Below are positions 42,011-51,899 of a stretch of DNA of 64,000 bases, one piece after another. Source of the stretch: Corallococcus sp. AS-1-12 (GTDB taxonomy: Bacteria; Myxococcota; Myxococcia; Myxococcales; Myxococcaceae); NCBI RefSeq assembly GCF_020036995.1, contig NZ_JAIQDD010000010.1:161433-225432 (forward strand). The letters run 5' to 3'. The notes under the pieces are model-generated. The model was not told where the DNA came from. It searched no databases and worked only from the letters and a program-made list of their open reading frames with translations. Within the stretch, counting starts at the first letter, position 1. Each line of letters begins with the position of its first letter. A program made the translations under genes and the position numbers.

Positions 42011-42740
42011 GGATGACTCCCATCAGGGGCGTGATGATGGCGGGTTTGCACCGTCCCCCAAGCCGCGCATAGTCGTTCAACTGCTCAAGTGCCGCATCCA
42101 GTGGATGTTCTTTCGCCCACCGGGTGCAGGGAAACTTGAAGTCATAGATGCACTGGACCTGGTTGGGCTGTCCGGAGGCATGCAGCACGATGTCCGGCTT
42201 CATGGAGCCCTCCCACTGATTCGTCAATGCATACGCGCCGCTCTTCGAGCTTTCGCCGAAACGTGGCTCGATGGAGATCTGCTCGGGAAAGAGCGTGAGG
42301 ATCTCTCGCTGGACACAGGCAAAGGCCACCGCATGTTTCAGGGTGCCCAGCTCCATCTGCCGCGTGAGGAACTCGCCTTTCTTGTTCCGGCCGATCACTC
42401 GCTTGCACTCCGCATCATCCGGGTACTTCCCCTCACCGTACTCACGCTCATTGACGAGGTGGTTCGCCTCCTTCGCGCACTCCACCAGCAGGTGCTCGAT
42501 GCGGGCCACGTCCGCGGCCTCCAGGAGCTTCATCGTGGCTCCCGCCGAGGCCGCGGCCCTCGCGGCCTTGTCCACCCACGGCAGGAACGCCTCGTCCCCC
42601 GGCTGCGTGTAGCAGGCGGGATTGCGCAGGCAGCCACTGGTCGCGGAGTCCGTGGTCTGCGAGTACTGCCTCGGCCCCGAAGCGCACGACAGACACAGCA
42701 GGGCCACCAGCCCACACAGCAGGCGCCCCTCAATCATCAT
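42003..42740 (-). CDS. Secreted lipoprotein with a C-terminal PD-(D/E)xK-like motif (putative nuclease toxin)
   Basis: Start at the internal ATG (MMIEGRLLCGLVALLCLSCASG = signal peptide + lipobox). C-terminal KPDIVLHASGQPNQVQCIYDFKF gives PD...D-x-K spacing typical of the restriction-endonuclease fold. Confidence 0.5.
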   Translation of the reverse strand: MMIEGRLLCGLVALLCLSCASGPRQYSQTTDSATSGCLRNPACYTQPGDEAFLPWVDKAARAAASAGATMKLLEAADVARIEHLLVECAKEANHLVNEREYGEGKYPDDAECKRVIGRNKKGEFLTRQMELGTLKHAVAFACVQREILTLFPEQISIEPRFGESSKSGAYALTNQWEGSMKPDIVLHASGQPNQVQCIYDFKFPCTRWAKEHPLDAALEQLNDYARLGGRCKPAIITPLMGVIRG

Positions 42741-43713
42741 CTTCACCCGCGTCGTGCGCCGCCGCGTTGAAGAGGCCGAAGCCCCCGGCCTCCTCGCTGG
42801 AGATGTCCGCCCGGCGCAGGGCAGGGGAGTCCCGCGTCTGTCCCACCGCCATCCACCGGGGCGCGGCCAGCAGCACGCCGTCCCCCGGCAGCTCCGGCAG
42901 CAGGTGCTCCAGGTCACCAAGGATGAACTCCGCGTGCCCCACGCCCTCGGGCTCCGGCAGCCCCACCGGCGGATGCCACGCGCCTCCGTCCAGGTGCCCG
43001 AAGGGGAAGCTCCCCGTGCCGCTCGCCCCTCCGTACCCGCCCTCCAGCAGCCGCCTTGTCCGCTCCACCCCTCCCGTCACCGCCGGCAGGCACACGCGCG
43101 TCAGCCAGTCCCAGGTCGCCGCGCCCTCCTCCACGGGCCAGTCCAGCTCCACCGTGTCGTCCGCCTTCGCCAGCAGCGCGTCGATGTACGCACACGCCGC
43201 TCGCGGCCCCAGCACGCCGCCCCGGCGCGCCTCCTCCACCGCCGCGGGCCACAGCTCCTCGCGGTAGTAGTGCGCGAAGTAGAACCCCGGCTCGTCCCAC
43301 TCCGGACGCGCGCCCCGCGGCAGCTTCGCCAGCACCAGCCCGCTCGACAGGTACGCAGGGCCCGTGGCCCGGGGATGGAACTGGCTGAAGGCCAGCCGGA
43401 ACACCCGCACCGCCAGCCCCGCCTCCTCCGTCGCCTCCAACCCCTCCGGACACCCCGCGCGCAGGTGGAAGTCGTCGAAGCGCAGGAACACGTCCACCCC
43501 CATGCCCACCGCGCTCCGACACAGCGACTCCAGGCACTCCGCCAGCGGATGCCCCGCATGCACGGGGGCCTCCCACGCCGCCGCCCGCACCGTGCGCGTC
43601 TCTGCCTCCACCCGCAGCGACAGCCGCACCCGGCCGCCCCCGAACGCAGCCTCCCCGTGCCGGACGTCCTCCCCGTGAAGCACGCCCCGATGTTCCTGCC
43701 CTGGAGTCGTCAT
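42730..43713 (-). CDS. Hypothetical protein (first gene of the three-gene minus-strand operon)
   Basis: 327-aa ORF from the internal ATG (MTTPGQEH...), with normal amino-acid composition. The opposite-strand frame here is Arg-rich junk, so this strand is preferred. It overlaps the lipoprotein start by 11 nt. Confidence 0.4.
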   Translation of the reverse strand: MTTPGQEHRGVLHGEDVRHGEAAFGGGRVRLSLRVEAETRTVRAAAWEAPVHAGHPLAECLESLCRSAVGMGVDVFLRFDDFHLRAGCPEGLEATEEAGLAVRVFRLAFSQFHPRATGPAYLSSGLVLAKLPRGARPEWDEPGFYFAHYYREELWPAAVEEARRGGVLGPRAACAYIDALLAKADDTVELDWPVEEGAATWDWLTRVCLPAVTGGVERTRRLLEGGYGGASGTGSFPFGHLDGGAWHPPVGLPEPEGVGHAEFILGDLEHLLPELPGDGVLLAAPRWMAVGQTRDSPALRRADISSEEAGGFGLFNAAAHDAGEDDD

Positions 43714-43761
43714 GCTAGGCACCCATCCTTTCCCACACGTCCCCTCCAGGCCAGGAGCCCC

Positions 43762-44613
43762 ATGTCCGAGCCCTCCCATCCGCGCGACGGCGACTTCGAG
43801 CTCGTCACCCTGCGCAACGGCCACCGCGCCGTGCGCCACCTGGGCCATGGCGAGGTCATGCACCCCGCGGTGGGCCCGTGGCAGGAGGCCCTGCGCCTCT
43901 ACGTCGACCAGCCCGGCCTCGCGGACCGCCTGCGAAAGCCCGGCCCGCCGCTCGTCATCCACGACGTGGGCCTGGGCGCCGCCACCAACGCCGTCGCCGC
44001 GCTCACCCGCGCCCGGGAGCTGGGCCCGGAGCGCGCCCGCGACCTGCACATCGTCAGCTTCGAGGTGGACCTGGCCCCCCTGCGGCTCGCGCTCGCGGAC
44101 GCGGAGGGCTTCCCCTTCCTCCAGCCGTTCCGTGAGGCCGCCGAGCGCCTCATGAAGCACGGCGCCTGGTCCGAGCCCGGCCTCCAGTGGACCCTCAAGC
44201 TGGGGGACGCCGTGCCCTTCCTGGAGCCGGACGCGGAGCTCCCCCCCGCGGACCTCGTCTTCTTCGACCCGTTCTCACCCGCGTCCAACCCGGACATGTG
44301 GACCGAGGCCGTGCTCGCCCGGGTGCGCCGGCATTGCCGGGAAGACGGGGAGGGCGCCCTGCTGATGACCTACAGCGCGGCCACGCCCACCCGCGTCACG
44401 CTGCTGCTCGCGGGGTTCTACGTGGGCGCCGGCGCTTCCACCGGCACCAAGGGGGAGACCACCGTGGCCTCGACCCGCTACGAAACACTGACCGCCCCGC
44501 TGGGGACCCGGTGGCTGGAGCGCTGGGAGCGCTCGTCCTCCCGGGCCCCGCACGGCGGCACCCTCACGCCTGAGGTCGAGCGTCGCCTCCGGACCCATCC
44601 TCAGTGGCGCTGA
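43762..44613 (+). CDS. MnmC-like (DUF752/COG4121) SAM-dependent methyltransferase domain protein
   Basis: VIHDVGLGAATN...LVFFDPFSPASNPDMWT match the MnmC C-terminal methyltransferase-domain blocks; 283 aa. Confidence 0.65.
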   Translation: MSEPSHPRDGDFELVTLRNGHRAVRHLGHGEVMHPAVGPWQEALRLYVDQPGLADRLRKPGPPLVIHDVGLGAATNAVAALTRARELGPERARDLHIVSFEVDLAPLRLALADAEGFPFLQPFREAAERLMKHGAWSEPGLQWTLKLGDAVPFLEPDAELPPADLVFFDPFSPASNPDMWTEAVLARVRRHCREDGEGALLMTYSAATPTRVTLLLAGFYVGAGASTGTKGETTVASTRYETLTAPLGTRWLERWERSSSRAPHGGTLTPEVERRLRTHPQWR

Positions 44614-45190
44614 GCGCCCCTTCCACGGGGGCCTCGCTCCAGCGCAGGTGGAACGTGGCCGCCGTGCCGTCGAACTCCTCCGGCAGCGCCACCACCCGCC
44701 ACCCCCCGCACAGCGCCACCGCGCGCGCCAGCAGGCCCGCCGCGAACGTCGGCTGGTCCGCCAGCACGTCGTTCATCCAGAGCTCCAGCGACGTCGCGCT
44801 GCGCTCCACGATTTTGACTTCACTGAAGTTGTTGCCGGCGCGAAAGCCCAGGTCCGCCCGCAGCAGCATCCTCCGGGGACCGGCCAGCCGGCCCACGCCC
44901 AGCAGCGCGCGGCCAAAGAACGTCCCGAAGTAGGCGTCCATGAAGCGCTCGCCCAGGGAGTAGTACGCGGCCTCCGCCGGCACGCCGCCGTAGACGTGGC
45001 CCGCCGCGATGCGCAGGAACTCCCGCCACTGCTCCAGCGAGTAGGTGCGCTCCAGCTTCTTGTCGAGGTCCAGCCCAGCCCGCTTGAGGTGCTCTCGGCA
45101 CGCGGGCGTCAGGCGATTCTCCAACGCGCGGACGAAGAGCGCCTCGACGGTCTGGGCGAAGACAAGCTTCTCAGGATTCATGCGGAGCAC
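44564..45190 (-). CDS. DUF2378 (myxobacterial paralogous family TIGR02265-like) protein
   Basis: 208 aa, MLRMNPEKLVFAQTVEALFVRALENRLTPACREHLKRAGLDLDKKLERTY... Convergent 50-nt overlap with the MnmC-like gene. Confidence 0.5.
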   Translation of the reverse strand: MLRMNPEKLVFAQTVEALFVRALENRLTPACREHLKRAGLDLDKKLERTYSLEQWREFLRIAAGHVYGGVPAEAAYYSLGERFMDAYFGTFFGRALLGVGRLAGPRRMLLRADLGFRAGNNFSEVKIVERSATSLELWMNDVLADQPTFAAGLLARAVALCGGWRVVALPEEFDGTAATFHLRWSEAPVEGALSATEDGSGGDARPQA

Positions 45191-45260
45191 CCTACACGAA
45201 GCCCCCCATGCGATGCTCCCCCACCTGTGTACTGACGTTCAGTGCCGTGCCCCCCGAGTG

Positions 45261-46262
45261 TCAGGAAGCTGGCGCGCGCCGCACCCTTCGTGAACTCCGG
45301 GTGTTTTCAGACCCCGTGCTGACGGACCGCGCCACGAGTCCGCGCAGCCACTGGTGCGCGGGGTCGCCGTCGAAGCGCTCGTGCCAGACCTGGAGGATGT
45401 CGAAGGAGCGCAGGGGGATGGGCGGGGGGAACACCTGGAGCGCGTACGCGTCCTTGAACGCGGCGATGAGGCGGCGGGGCGCGGTGAGGACGTGGTCCGA
45501 GCGCGACACCGCCAGCGGCGCGATGAGGAAGTAGGGCACGCGCACGGCGATGCGGCGCGGGGGCAGGCCGAGCTGGGCCAGGGCCAGGTCCACCGCGCCC
45601 ACGCCGTCGCCCTTCGGGCTGATGAGGATGTGGGACAGCTCCAGGTAGGTGTCCACGTCCAGCGTGCGGCGCACGGTGGGGTGGTCCTTGCGCACCACGC
45701 AGACGAAGTCCTCGGTGAGCAGCCGCTGCTGGCGCAGGCCCGGCCCGGACGGCGCCGGCGCGACGATGATGGCCAGGTCCACCTCGCCCGTCTCCAGGTG
45801 GCTGGGGAAGGTGTGGCTGTCCACGTGCAGCACGGACAGGTCCACGCCGGGGGCCTCGCGGCCCAGGAGCTCCAGCGCGCCCGGCAGCAGCACCGACCCG
45901 AAGAAGTCGCGCGTGGCCACGGTGAAGCGGCGCTTCGCGGTGGCGGGCGCGAACGCGGGCTCGTCGCACAGGGCCCGCCGCAGCTCCGCCAGCCCCCGCT
46001 TGAGCGGCGCGGCCAGGGCCTGCGCGCGCGGCGTCAGCACCATGCCGCCCTGGCCGCGGATGAGGAGCGCGTCGCCCAACAGCTCCCGCAACTGGGCGAG
46101 CGCGTGGCTCATCGCGGACTGGGTGAGGCCCACGCGCGCGGCGGCGCGGGTGACGTGCACCTCGTGCAGCAGCGCGTCCAGCGCCACCATCAGGTTGAGG
46201 TTGATGCCGGAGAGGTCCACCTCGGCGGGGGAGGGCGCTGGGGTTTCATGAGCGCGGCGCAT
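45261..46262 (-). CDS. LysR-family transcriptional regulator
   Basis: Start at the internal ATG (MRRAHETPAPSPAEVDLSGINLNLMVALDALLHEVHVTRAAARVGLTQSAMSHALAQLRE...). HTH plus a periplasmic-binding-protein-like effector domain. Divergent from the NmrA gene. Confidence 0.85.
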   Translation of the reverse strand: MRRAHETPAPSPAEVDLSGINLNLMVALDALLHEVHVTRAAARVGLTQSAMSHALAQLRELLGDALLIRGQGGMVLTPRAQALAAPLKRGLAELRRALCDEPAFAPATAKRRFTVATRDFFGSVLLPGALELLGREAPGVDLSVLHVDSHTFPSHLETGEVDLAIIVAPAPSGPGLRQQRLLTEDFVCVVRKDHPTVRRTLDVDTYLELSHILISPKGDGVGAVDLALAQLGLPPRRIAVRVPYFLIAPLAVSRSDHVLTAPRRLIAAFKDAYALQVFPPPIPLRSFDILQVWHERFDGDPAHQWLRGLVARSVSTGSENTRSSRRVRRAPAS

Positions 46263-46269
46263 GGAGGCA

Positions 46270-46282
46270 TGCATAGCATGCA
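46270..46282. promoter_or_regulatory. LysR-type T-N11-A box (TGCAT-AGC-ATGCA) in the LysR/NmrA divergent region
   Basis: A perfect dyad embedded in GCATGCATAGCATGCAG. It is centred ~68 nt upstream of the NmrA-family start, the typical distance for a LysR recognition site. Confidence 0.5.
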
Positions 46283-46343
46283 GTGGCCTCATGCAGGGCG
46301 CGGGGGCACTGTTCCGCCATCTCGCGGTCGCTGGAGGCACCCC

Positions 46344-47237
46344 ATGTCCATCGTCATCAACACCCCGAACGGCAACATCGGTCGTCCCCTCGTGGAGAAG
46401 CTCTTGAAGGCGGGCCGCAAGGTCACCGTCATCTCGCGCACGCCGGAGAAGGTGGCGGACCTGGTGAAGCTGGGCGCGAAGGTGGTGCAGGGCTCCATCG
46501 AGGAGCAGGCCACGCTGGACGCGGCGCTCGCGGGCGCGGAGGCGCTGTTCTGGCTCTCTCCGCCCGCCATCCGCCCGGACTTCCACGACTGGGCGAAGGC
46601 CAACGGCCAGCGGGCCGCGGAGCGCGTGAAGGCGCACGGCGTGAAGCGCGTGGTGATGCTCTCCAGCGTCGGCGCGCAGAGCGGGGCGGGCACCGGGCCG
46701 GTGTCCGCGATGAAGTCCATCGAAGAGGCCTTCCAGGCGGCGGCGCCGAACGTCGTCAGCCTGCGCGCGGGCTTCTTCATGGAAAACCTGCTGCGCGACG
46801 TGCAGGGCCTGGCGAAGACGGGCGCGCTCTTCAGCTCGAACCCGGAGACGATGGCCTTCCCCATGGTCGCCACCGCGGACATCGCGGCCAAGGCGGCCGA
46901 GTTCCTGCTGGACCCTTCATGGACGGGCCACCGCTACGTGGGCGTGCACGGGCCCAAGGACCTCACCTATCCGGAGGTCGCCAGCATCCTCACCCAGGTG
47001 CTGGGCCAGCCCGTGAAGTACGTGCGGGTGGGGCTGGACGACCTGCGCAAGGGGATGCTGGGCGCGGGCATGCCCGCCTTCGCGGCGGACACCTTCGTGG
47101 AGATGTACGGCGCCATCCAGGACGGGCGCATGAACTCGGCGGAGCCGCGCTCGAAGGAGACCACCACGCCCACCACGCTGGCGGAGTTCGCCAGCACCGT
47201 GCTCAAGCCGGCGGTGGAGCGGGCGCGCGCGTCCTGA
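46344..47237 (+). CDS. NmrA-family NAD(P)-binding protein
   Basis: [36 protein letters not shown]... Rossmann fold; RBS GGAGG upstream; 297 aa. Confidence 0.8.
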   Translation: MSIVINTPNGNIGRPLVEKLLKAGRKVTVISRTPEKVADLVKLGAKVVQGSIEEQATLDAALAGAEALFWLSPPAIRPDFHDWAKANGQRAAERVKAHGVKRVVMLSSVGAQSGAGTGPVSAMKSIEEAFQAAAPNVVSLRAGFFMENLLRDVQGLAKTGALFSSNPETMAFPMVATADIAAKAAEFLLDPSWTGHRYVGVHGPKDLTYPEVASILTQVLGQPVKYVRVGLDDLRKGMLGAGMPAFAADTFVEMYGAIQDGRMNSAEPRSKETTTPTTLAEFASTVLKPAVERARAS

Positions 47238-47376
47238 CAGCGCCCGCCTGTTCGCTCGTATCAGCAACAGGAGGGGGAGACGTGCGCTGCCCCGCCCCCT
47301 CCCTGACAACTGGTGCACGATGGGGGCCTGCCGGAGATTGCTCCGGTACGGTCACCCCACCGAAGACGAGCGCACC

Positions 47377-50145
47377 ATGGACGAGCAACGCCCCGCCAAG
47401 CCCCCGGCCCGGACGGACCCCTCCATCGACCTGCTCCACCAGCGGACCCGTCAGCCGCTGGAGGTCATCTTCTCCCCCCGCAGCGTCGCGGTGGTGGGGG
47501 CGAGCGAGCGGCCCGGCAGCGTGGGCCGCACCGTCCTCTGGAACCTCATCAGCAGCCCGTTCGGCGGCACCGTCTACCCGGTGAACCCGCAGCGGCCCAA
47601 CGTGCTCGGCATCAAGGCGTGGCCCTCCCTGCGCGCGCTGCCGGAGCCGGTGGACCTGGCCGTCATCGTCACCCCCGCGAAGTCCGTGCCGGCCATCATC
47701 CGCGAGTGCGCGGAGGTCGGCGTCAAGGGCGTCATCATCATCTCCGCGGGCTTCAAGGAGACGGGGCCGGAGGGCGCGAAGCTGGAGCAGGAGGTGCTGC
47801 ACATCGCGCAGGCCGCGAACCTGCGCATCATCGGGCCCAACTGCCTGGGCGTGATGCGCCCCACCAGCGGCTTCAACGCCACCTTCGCCAAGGGCATGGC
47901 CCGCCCCGGCAACGTGGCCTTCATCAGCCAGTCCGGCGCGCTGCTCACCTCCATCCTCGACTGGAGCCTGCGCGAGGCCGTGGGCTTCAGCGCCTTCGTC
48001 TCCGTGGGCTCCATGCTGGACGTGGGCTGGGGAGACCTCATCGACTTCCTCGCGGATGATCCGATGACGCGCTCCATCCTGCTGTACATGGAGTCCATCG
48101 GCGACGCGCGCGCCTTCCTGTCCGCCGCGCGCGAGGTGGCCCTCACCAAGCCCATCATCGTCATCAAGGCCGGCCGCACCGCGCAGGCCGCGCAGGCCGC
48201 CGCGTCCCACACCGGCACGCTCGCCGGCAGCGACGAGGTGCTCTCCGCCGCCTTCCGCCGCGCGGGCGTGCTGCGCGTGGACTCCATCGAGGACCTGTTC
48301 CACATGGCGGAGGTGCTGGCCCGCCAGCCCCGGCCCTCCGGCCGCAGGCTCACGCTGCTCACCAACGCGGGCGGCCCCGCGGTGCTCGCCACGGACGCGC
48401 TCGTGTCCGGCGGCGGGGAGCTGGCCGTGCTGTCCGACGACACCCGGAAGCAACTGGACGGCTTCCTGCCGCCGCCGTGGAGCCACGCCAACCCGGTGGA
48501 CATCCTGGGAGACGCGGACGCGGAGCGCTACGCGAAGGCGCTGGAGACCACCGGCGCGGACCCCAACAGCGACGGCCTGCTCGTCATCCTCACCCCGCAG
48601 GACATGACGGAGCCCACCCAGACGGCGGACCGCCTCAAGGGCTACGCGAAGCTGCCCGGCAAGCCCGTGCTCGCCAGTTGGATGGGGGGCTCCGAGGTCG
48701 CCGCGGGCGAGCGCATCCTCAACGACGCGGGCATCCCGACCTTCGGCTACCCGGACACCGCAGCCCGCGTCTTCAACTACATGTGGCGCTACTCGGACAA
48801 CATCGCCGGCCTCTATGAGACGCCCACGCTGGCGGAGGAGCCCACCGGCGGAGGCCGCGACGTCGCCCGCGCCCTGGTGGACGAGGCCCGCGCCTCCGGC
48901 CGCACCCTCCTGTCCGAGTACGAGTCCAAGCGCCTGCTGGCCGCCTACGGCATCCCCACCGTGGAGACGTGGCTCGCCACGACGGAGGACGAGGCGGTGG
49001 AGAAGGCCCGCGCGCTGGGCTTCCCCGTGGTGCTCAAGCTGCACTCGCTCACGGTGACGCACAAGACGGACGTGGGCGGCGTGCGGCTGGACCTGCGCGA
49101 CGAGGCCCAGGTGCGGGACGCGTACCGCGCCATCCGCGACGCGCTCGCGGAGCGGGGCCTCCAGGACGCGCTCCAGGGCGTCACCGTGCAGCCCATGGCG
49201 AAGCTGGACGGCTACGAGCTCATCCTGGGCAGCAGCCTGGACGCGCAGTTCGGGCCGGTGCTGCTCTTCGGCGCGGGCGGCACGCTGGTGGAGGTGATGC
49301 AGGACCGGGCCCTGGGCCTGCCGCCGCTCACCACCACGCTGGCGCGGCGGATGATGGAGCGCACGCGCATCCACCACGCGCTCAAGGGCGTGCGCGGCCG
49401 GGCCCCCGTGGACCTGGGCGCGCTGGAGCGGCTGATGGTGCGCTTCAGCCAACTGGTGGTGGAGCAGCCCCTCATCCGCGAGCTGGACATCAACCCGCTG
49501 CTCGTCTCCGGTGAGCGCATCATCGCGCTGGACGCGCGCGTGGTGCTGCACCCGCCGGACGTGCAGGCCGCGTCGCTGCCGAAGCTCGCCATCGAACCGT
49601 ACCCGCACCAGTACGCGAAGGTGCTCACGCTGAAGAACGGCGAGCAGCTCCTGGTGCGCCCCATCCGCCCGGAGGACGAGCCCGCCATGGGCCGCTTCCA
49701 CCAGGCCCTCTCCGAGCAGACCGTGTTCATGCGCTACGCGGGCCTGATGAAGCTCAGCCAGCGCGTGGCCCATGAGCGCCTGGCGCGCATCTGCTTCAAC
49801 GACTACGCGCGGGAGATGGCGCTCGTCGCGGAGCGGCCGTCCCCGGACGGGAAGGGCGGGGGAGAGATTCTGGCGGTGGGCCGGCTCACGCGCCTGCGCG
49901 GCACGAAGGACGCGGAGTTCGCCATCACCGTCAGCGACACGGCCCAGCGGCTGGGCCTGGGCACGGAGCTCTTGCGGCGGCTGGTGGACATCGGGAAGGA
50001 CTGGGGCCTGCGCCGCATCGTCGCGGACATCCTCACGCGCAACCGCGGCATGCAGGCCGTCAGCAAGAAGCTGGGGTTCACGCTCCTGGATCACGAGGAG
50101 CTGGCCCCGGACATGGTCAAGGCCGTGAAGGTGCTCAACGGCTGA
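47377..50145 (+). CDS. Pat/PatZ-like protein acetyltransferase: NDP-forming acyl-CoA synthetase (CoA-binding + ATP-grasp) fused to a C-terminal GNAT domain
   Basis: N-terminal [18 protein letters not shown] (CoA_binding). Ligase-CoA and ATP-grasp blocks. C-terminal GNAT ([38 protein letters not shown]). 922 aa from ATG 47377. Confidence 0.85.
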   Translation: MDEQRPAKPPARTDPSIDLLHQRTRQPLEVIFSPRSVAVVGASERPGSVGRTVLWNLISSPFGGTVYPVNPQRPNVLGIKAWPSLRALPEPVDLAVIVTPAKSVPAIIRECAEVGVKGVIIISAGFKETGPEGAKLEQEVLHIAQAANLRIIGPNCLGVMRPTSGFNATFAKGMARPGNVAFISQSGALLTSILDWSLREAVGFSAFVSVGSMLDVGWGDLIDFLADDPMTRSILLYMESIGDARAFLSAAREVALTKPIIVIKAGRTAQAAQAAASHTGTLAGSDEVLSAAFRRAGVLRVDSIEDLFHMAEVLARQPRPSGRRLTLLTNAGGPAVLATDALVSGGGELAVLSDDTRKQLDGFLPPPWSHANPVDILGDADAERYAKALETTGADPNSDGLLVILTPQDMTEPTQTADRLKGYAKLPGKPVLASWMGGSEVAAGERILNDAGIPTFGYPDTAARVFNYMWRYSDNIAGLYETPTLAEEPTGGGRDVARALVDEARASGRTLLSEYESKRLLAAYGIPTVETWLATTEDEAVEKARALGFPVVLKLHSLTVTHKTDVGGVRLDLRDEAQVRDAYRAIRDALAERGLQDALQGVTVQPMAKLDGYELILGSSLDAQFGPVLLFGAGGTLVEVMQDRALGLPPLTTTLARRMMERTRIHHALKGVRGRAPVDLGALERLMVRFSQLVVEQPLIRELDINPLLVSGERIIALDARVVLHPPDVQAASLPKLAIEPYPHQYAKVLTLKNGEQLLVRPIRPEDEPAMGRFHQALSEQTVFMRYAGLMKLSQRVAHERLARICFNDYAREMALVAERPSPDGKGGGEILAVGRLTRLRGTKDAEFAITVSDTAQRLGLGTELLRRLVDIGKDWGLRRIVADILTRNRGMQAVSKKLGFTLLDHEELAPDMVKAVKVLNG

Positions 50146-50175
50146 CCGTGCCCGGGGCTCCCCGTCACCTGGGCA

Positions 50176-50991
50176 CTACACGTCGTCGCAGGGCGTGCCC
50201 AGCCGCGCGCCCGTGTAGACGCCCAGCTCGTTGTAGATGAAGGGCAGGTTCTCACCCACCGGCACCGCGCGCAGCTTCTGGCGCTTGCTCTTCACCACCC
50301 AGAACGACGGCTCCTCGCGGTCCACCACGAGGCGCAGGTCGCCGCCCTGCGTGGAGAAGATCTCCCCCTGCGAGTCGGTGACGACGTTGAGCATCTTCTG
50401 CTGCTTCACCTGGCCGCGCTGGCCCGTGAAGATGCGGAAGCTCTTGTTGTCCGCGCCGATGCCGCGCTCCACCAGGTAGTAGACGCCCTTGTCGTCGCGC
50501 AGCAGCGCGTACGGCTGGAACTTCACCGGGTTGGGCTGGTAGGCCGCCTTGCGCAGCAGCTCCCGGGCCTGGTCCGCGGGCACCGGCTGCTGCGGCAGGG
50601 TCTTCTCCCCGCAGCTCAGCGTGCACGTCTTCTGGTCCTCGCTGAGCTTCAGGTACGACACGACCCGGTAGTCCATGCCGCGGAAGTTGTCGTTGGCCTT
50701 GGGGTTGAAGAAGCGGGGCTCGAAGAAGCCGCCCTCCGTGGCGTTGGGGTAGCCCACGGGCGCCACCTGCGTGAACGTCTTGCCGTCCCCGTAGTACAGC
50801 TCGCCGTCGTGCTCGGGCGTCTGGGGCAGGAGGACCGTGTAGTGGCCCTTCCCGTCCGCGCAGACCTTCGCGGACTCCAGCACCATGCGCTCGCGCAGCT
50901 TCTGCTCCTTGCCCCAGGGGGGATCCATCGCGAGCGCGGCTTGCGGGGCCAGGACGAGCCCCAGGGCGATGACCATGCGTCGAAGAGTCAT
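50176..50991 (-). CDS. Secreted hypothetical protein
   Basis: Signal peptide MTLRRMVIALGLVLAPQAALA; 271 aa; no recognisable domain. Confidence 0.5.
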   Translation of the reverse strand: MTLRRMVIALGLVLAPQAALAMDPPWGKEQKLRERMVLESAKVCADGKGHYTVLLPQTPEHDGELYYGDGKTFTQVAPVGYPNATEGGFFEPRFFNPKANDNFRGMDYRVVSYLKLSEDQKTCTLSCGEKTLPQQPVPADQARELLRKAAYQPNPVKFQPYALLRDDKGVYYLVERGIGADNKSFRIFTGQRGQVKQQKMLNVVTDSQGEIFSTQGGDLRLVVDREEPSFWVVKSKRQKLRAVPVGENLPFIYNELGVYTGARLGTPCDDV

Positions 50992-51008
50992 GTCAGTGGG
51001 CTTTCGTT

Positions 51009-51839
51009 CTAGAGGGTGTCGGTGAAGAAGGAGGTGGTCGCGTCCGGCTGGACCGTCTCACCGGAGGTCACGGTCCAGATGACCTTCTGGGCCTCCAGCT
51101 TCAGCGCGGCCTTCGCGTCCATGCGGCACTCCACCGTCTGGAGCTTCTGCTGGATGGTGCGCTTCGCCTCGTCGGAGCGCTCGCACAGCTTCTGGAGCGA
51201 CTCCAGCGGGCCCGCGCAGTAGCTGCCGAAGGACATCTCGTTGATCTGCTCGTCCGTGATGGAGTCCCAGGCCACGGTGGACGTCAGCTTGGAGCCGCAC
51301 GCCTTGTTCGTCGCCTCCAGGGCCTCCGCCAACTGCGTCTCCGCCTGGCTCGCCCAGAACTTGCGGTCGAACGCGAGCAGGGCCTGGTACTTCTTGTCGC
51401 CCTCCAGGTCCTGGTAGCGCTCGAAGACCTTCTCCACCTTCAGCGCGCCCGTCTTGCCCGTGTCCGGCTTCAGGTGCGTGTAGCCCGTGTGGTTGACGCC
51501 GCTGAACACGAGGTCCTCGTAGCCGCCCCGGTCATACACGGAGACGAAGCGCTGCTTGCGGCCGCGCCACAGCGTCCAGTACTCCATGGCGCGGCTGTCC
51601 CGGCCCACGGAGGCGACCAGCACCTGGCCGTCCAGCTCGCTCTTCGTGCCGTCGAAGGCGACCAGCGCCTTCTTCGCGTCACCGGGCTCCAGCGCGATGA
51701 GGGTGATCTTCTCGCCGGCCTCGTTGGAATACACCTTGCCGGTGGCGGGCTTCGTCCCCGCCACCTCGCTGTCGGGCCGCACACCCCGGGTACACCCCAG
51801 GGACAGCGCCACGACCCCCACTGCCAGTAGCACTCTCAC
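51009..51839 (-). CDS. Hypothetical lipoprotein
   Basis: Lipobox LSLGC; 276 aa; 17 nt after the upstream gene's stop. Confidence 0.5.
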   Translation of the reverse strand: MRVLLAVGVVALSLGCTRGVRPDSEVAGTKPATGKVYSNEAGEKITLIALEPGDAKKALVAFDGTKSELDGQVLVASVGRDSRAMEYWTLWRGRKQRFVSVYDRGGYEDLVFSGVNHTGYTHLKPDTGKTGALKVEKVFERYQDLEGDKKYQALLAFDRKFWASQAETQLAEALEATNKACGSKLTSTVAWDSITDEQINEMSFGSYCAGPLESLQKLCERSDEAKRTIQQKLQTVECRMDAKAALKLEAQKVIWTVTSGETVQPDATTSFFTDTL

Positions 51840-51899
51840 GACGACTCCTTGGATTGCGGGCGCGCCCCCGCTCTGGAGCTTCCGCGCGCCCGGACGACC

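Noticed and set aside
42622-43761. Upstream 380 codons of the six-frame ORF that contains the MnmC-like gene
   Set aside because: Arg/Pro/Gln-rich junk. Homology begins only at ATG 43762. The minus-strand ORF over this stretch has a protein-like composition and was preferred.
47203-50094. 963-aa minus-strand ORF
   Set aside because: Antisense shadow of the Pat-like gene. No motifs; extreme Arg/Ala/Gly bias.
50148-50176. Possible bidirectional terminator hairpin GTGCCCGGGG...CCTGGGCAC between convergent genes
   Set aside because: The stem is imperfect (one mismatch), short, and lacks a T-tract; too weak to call.
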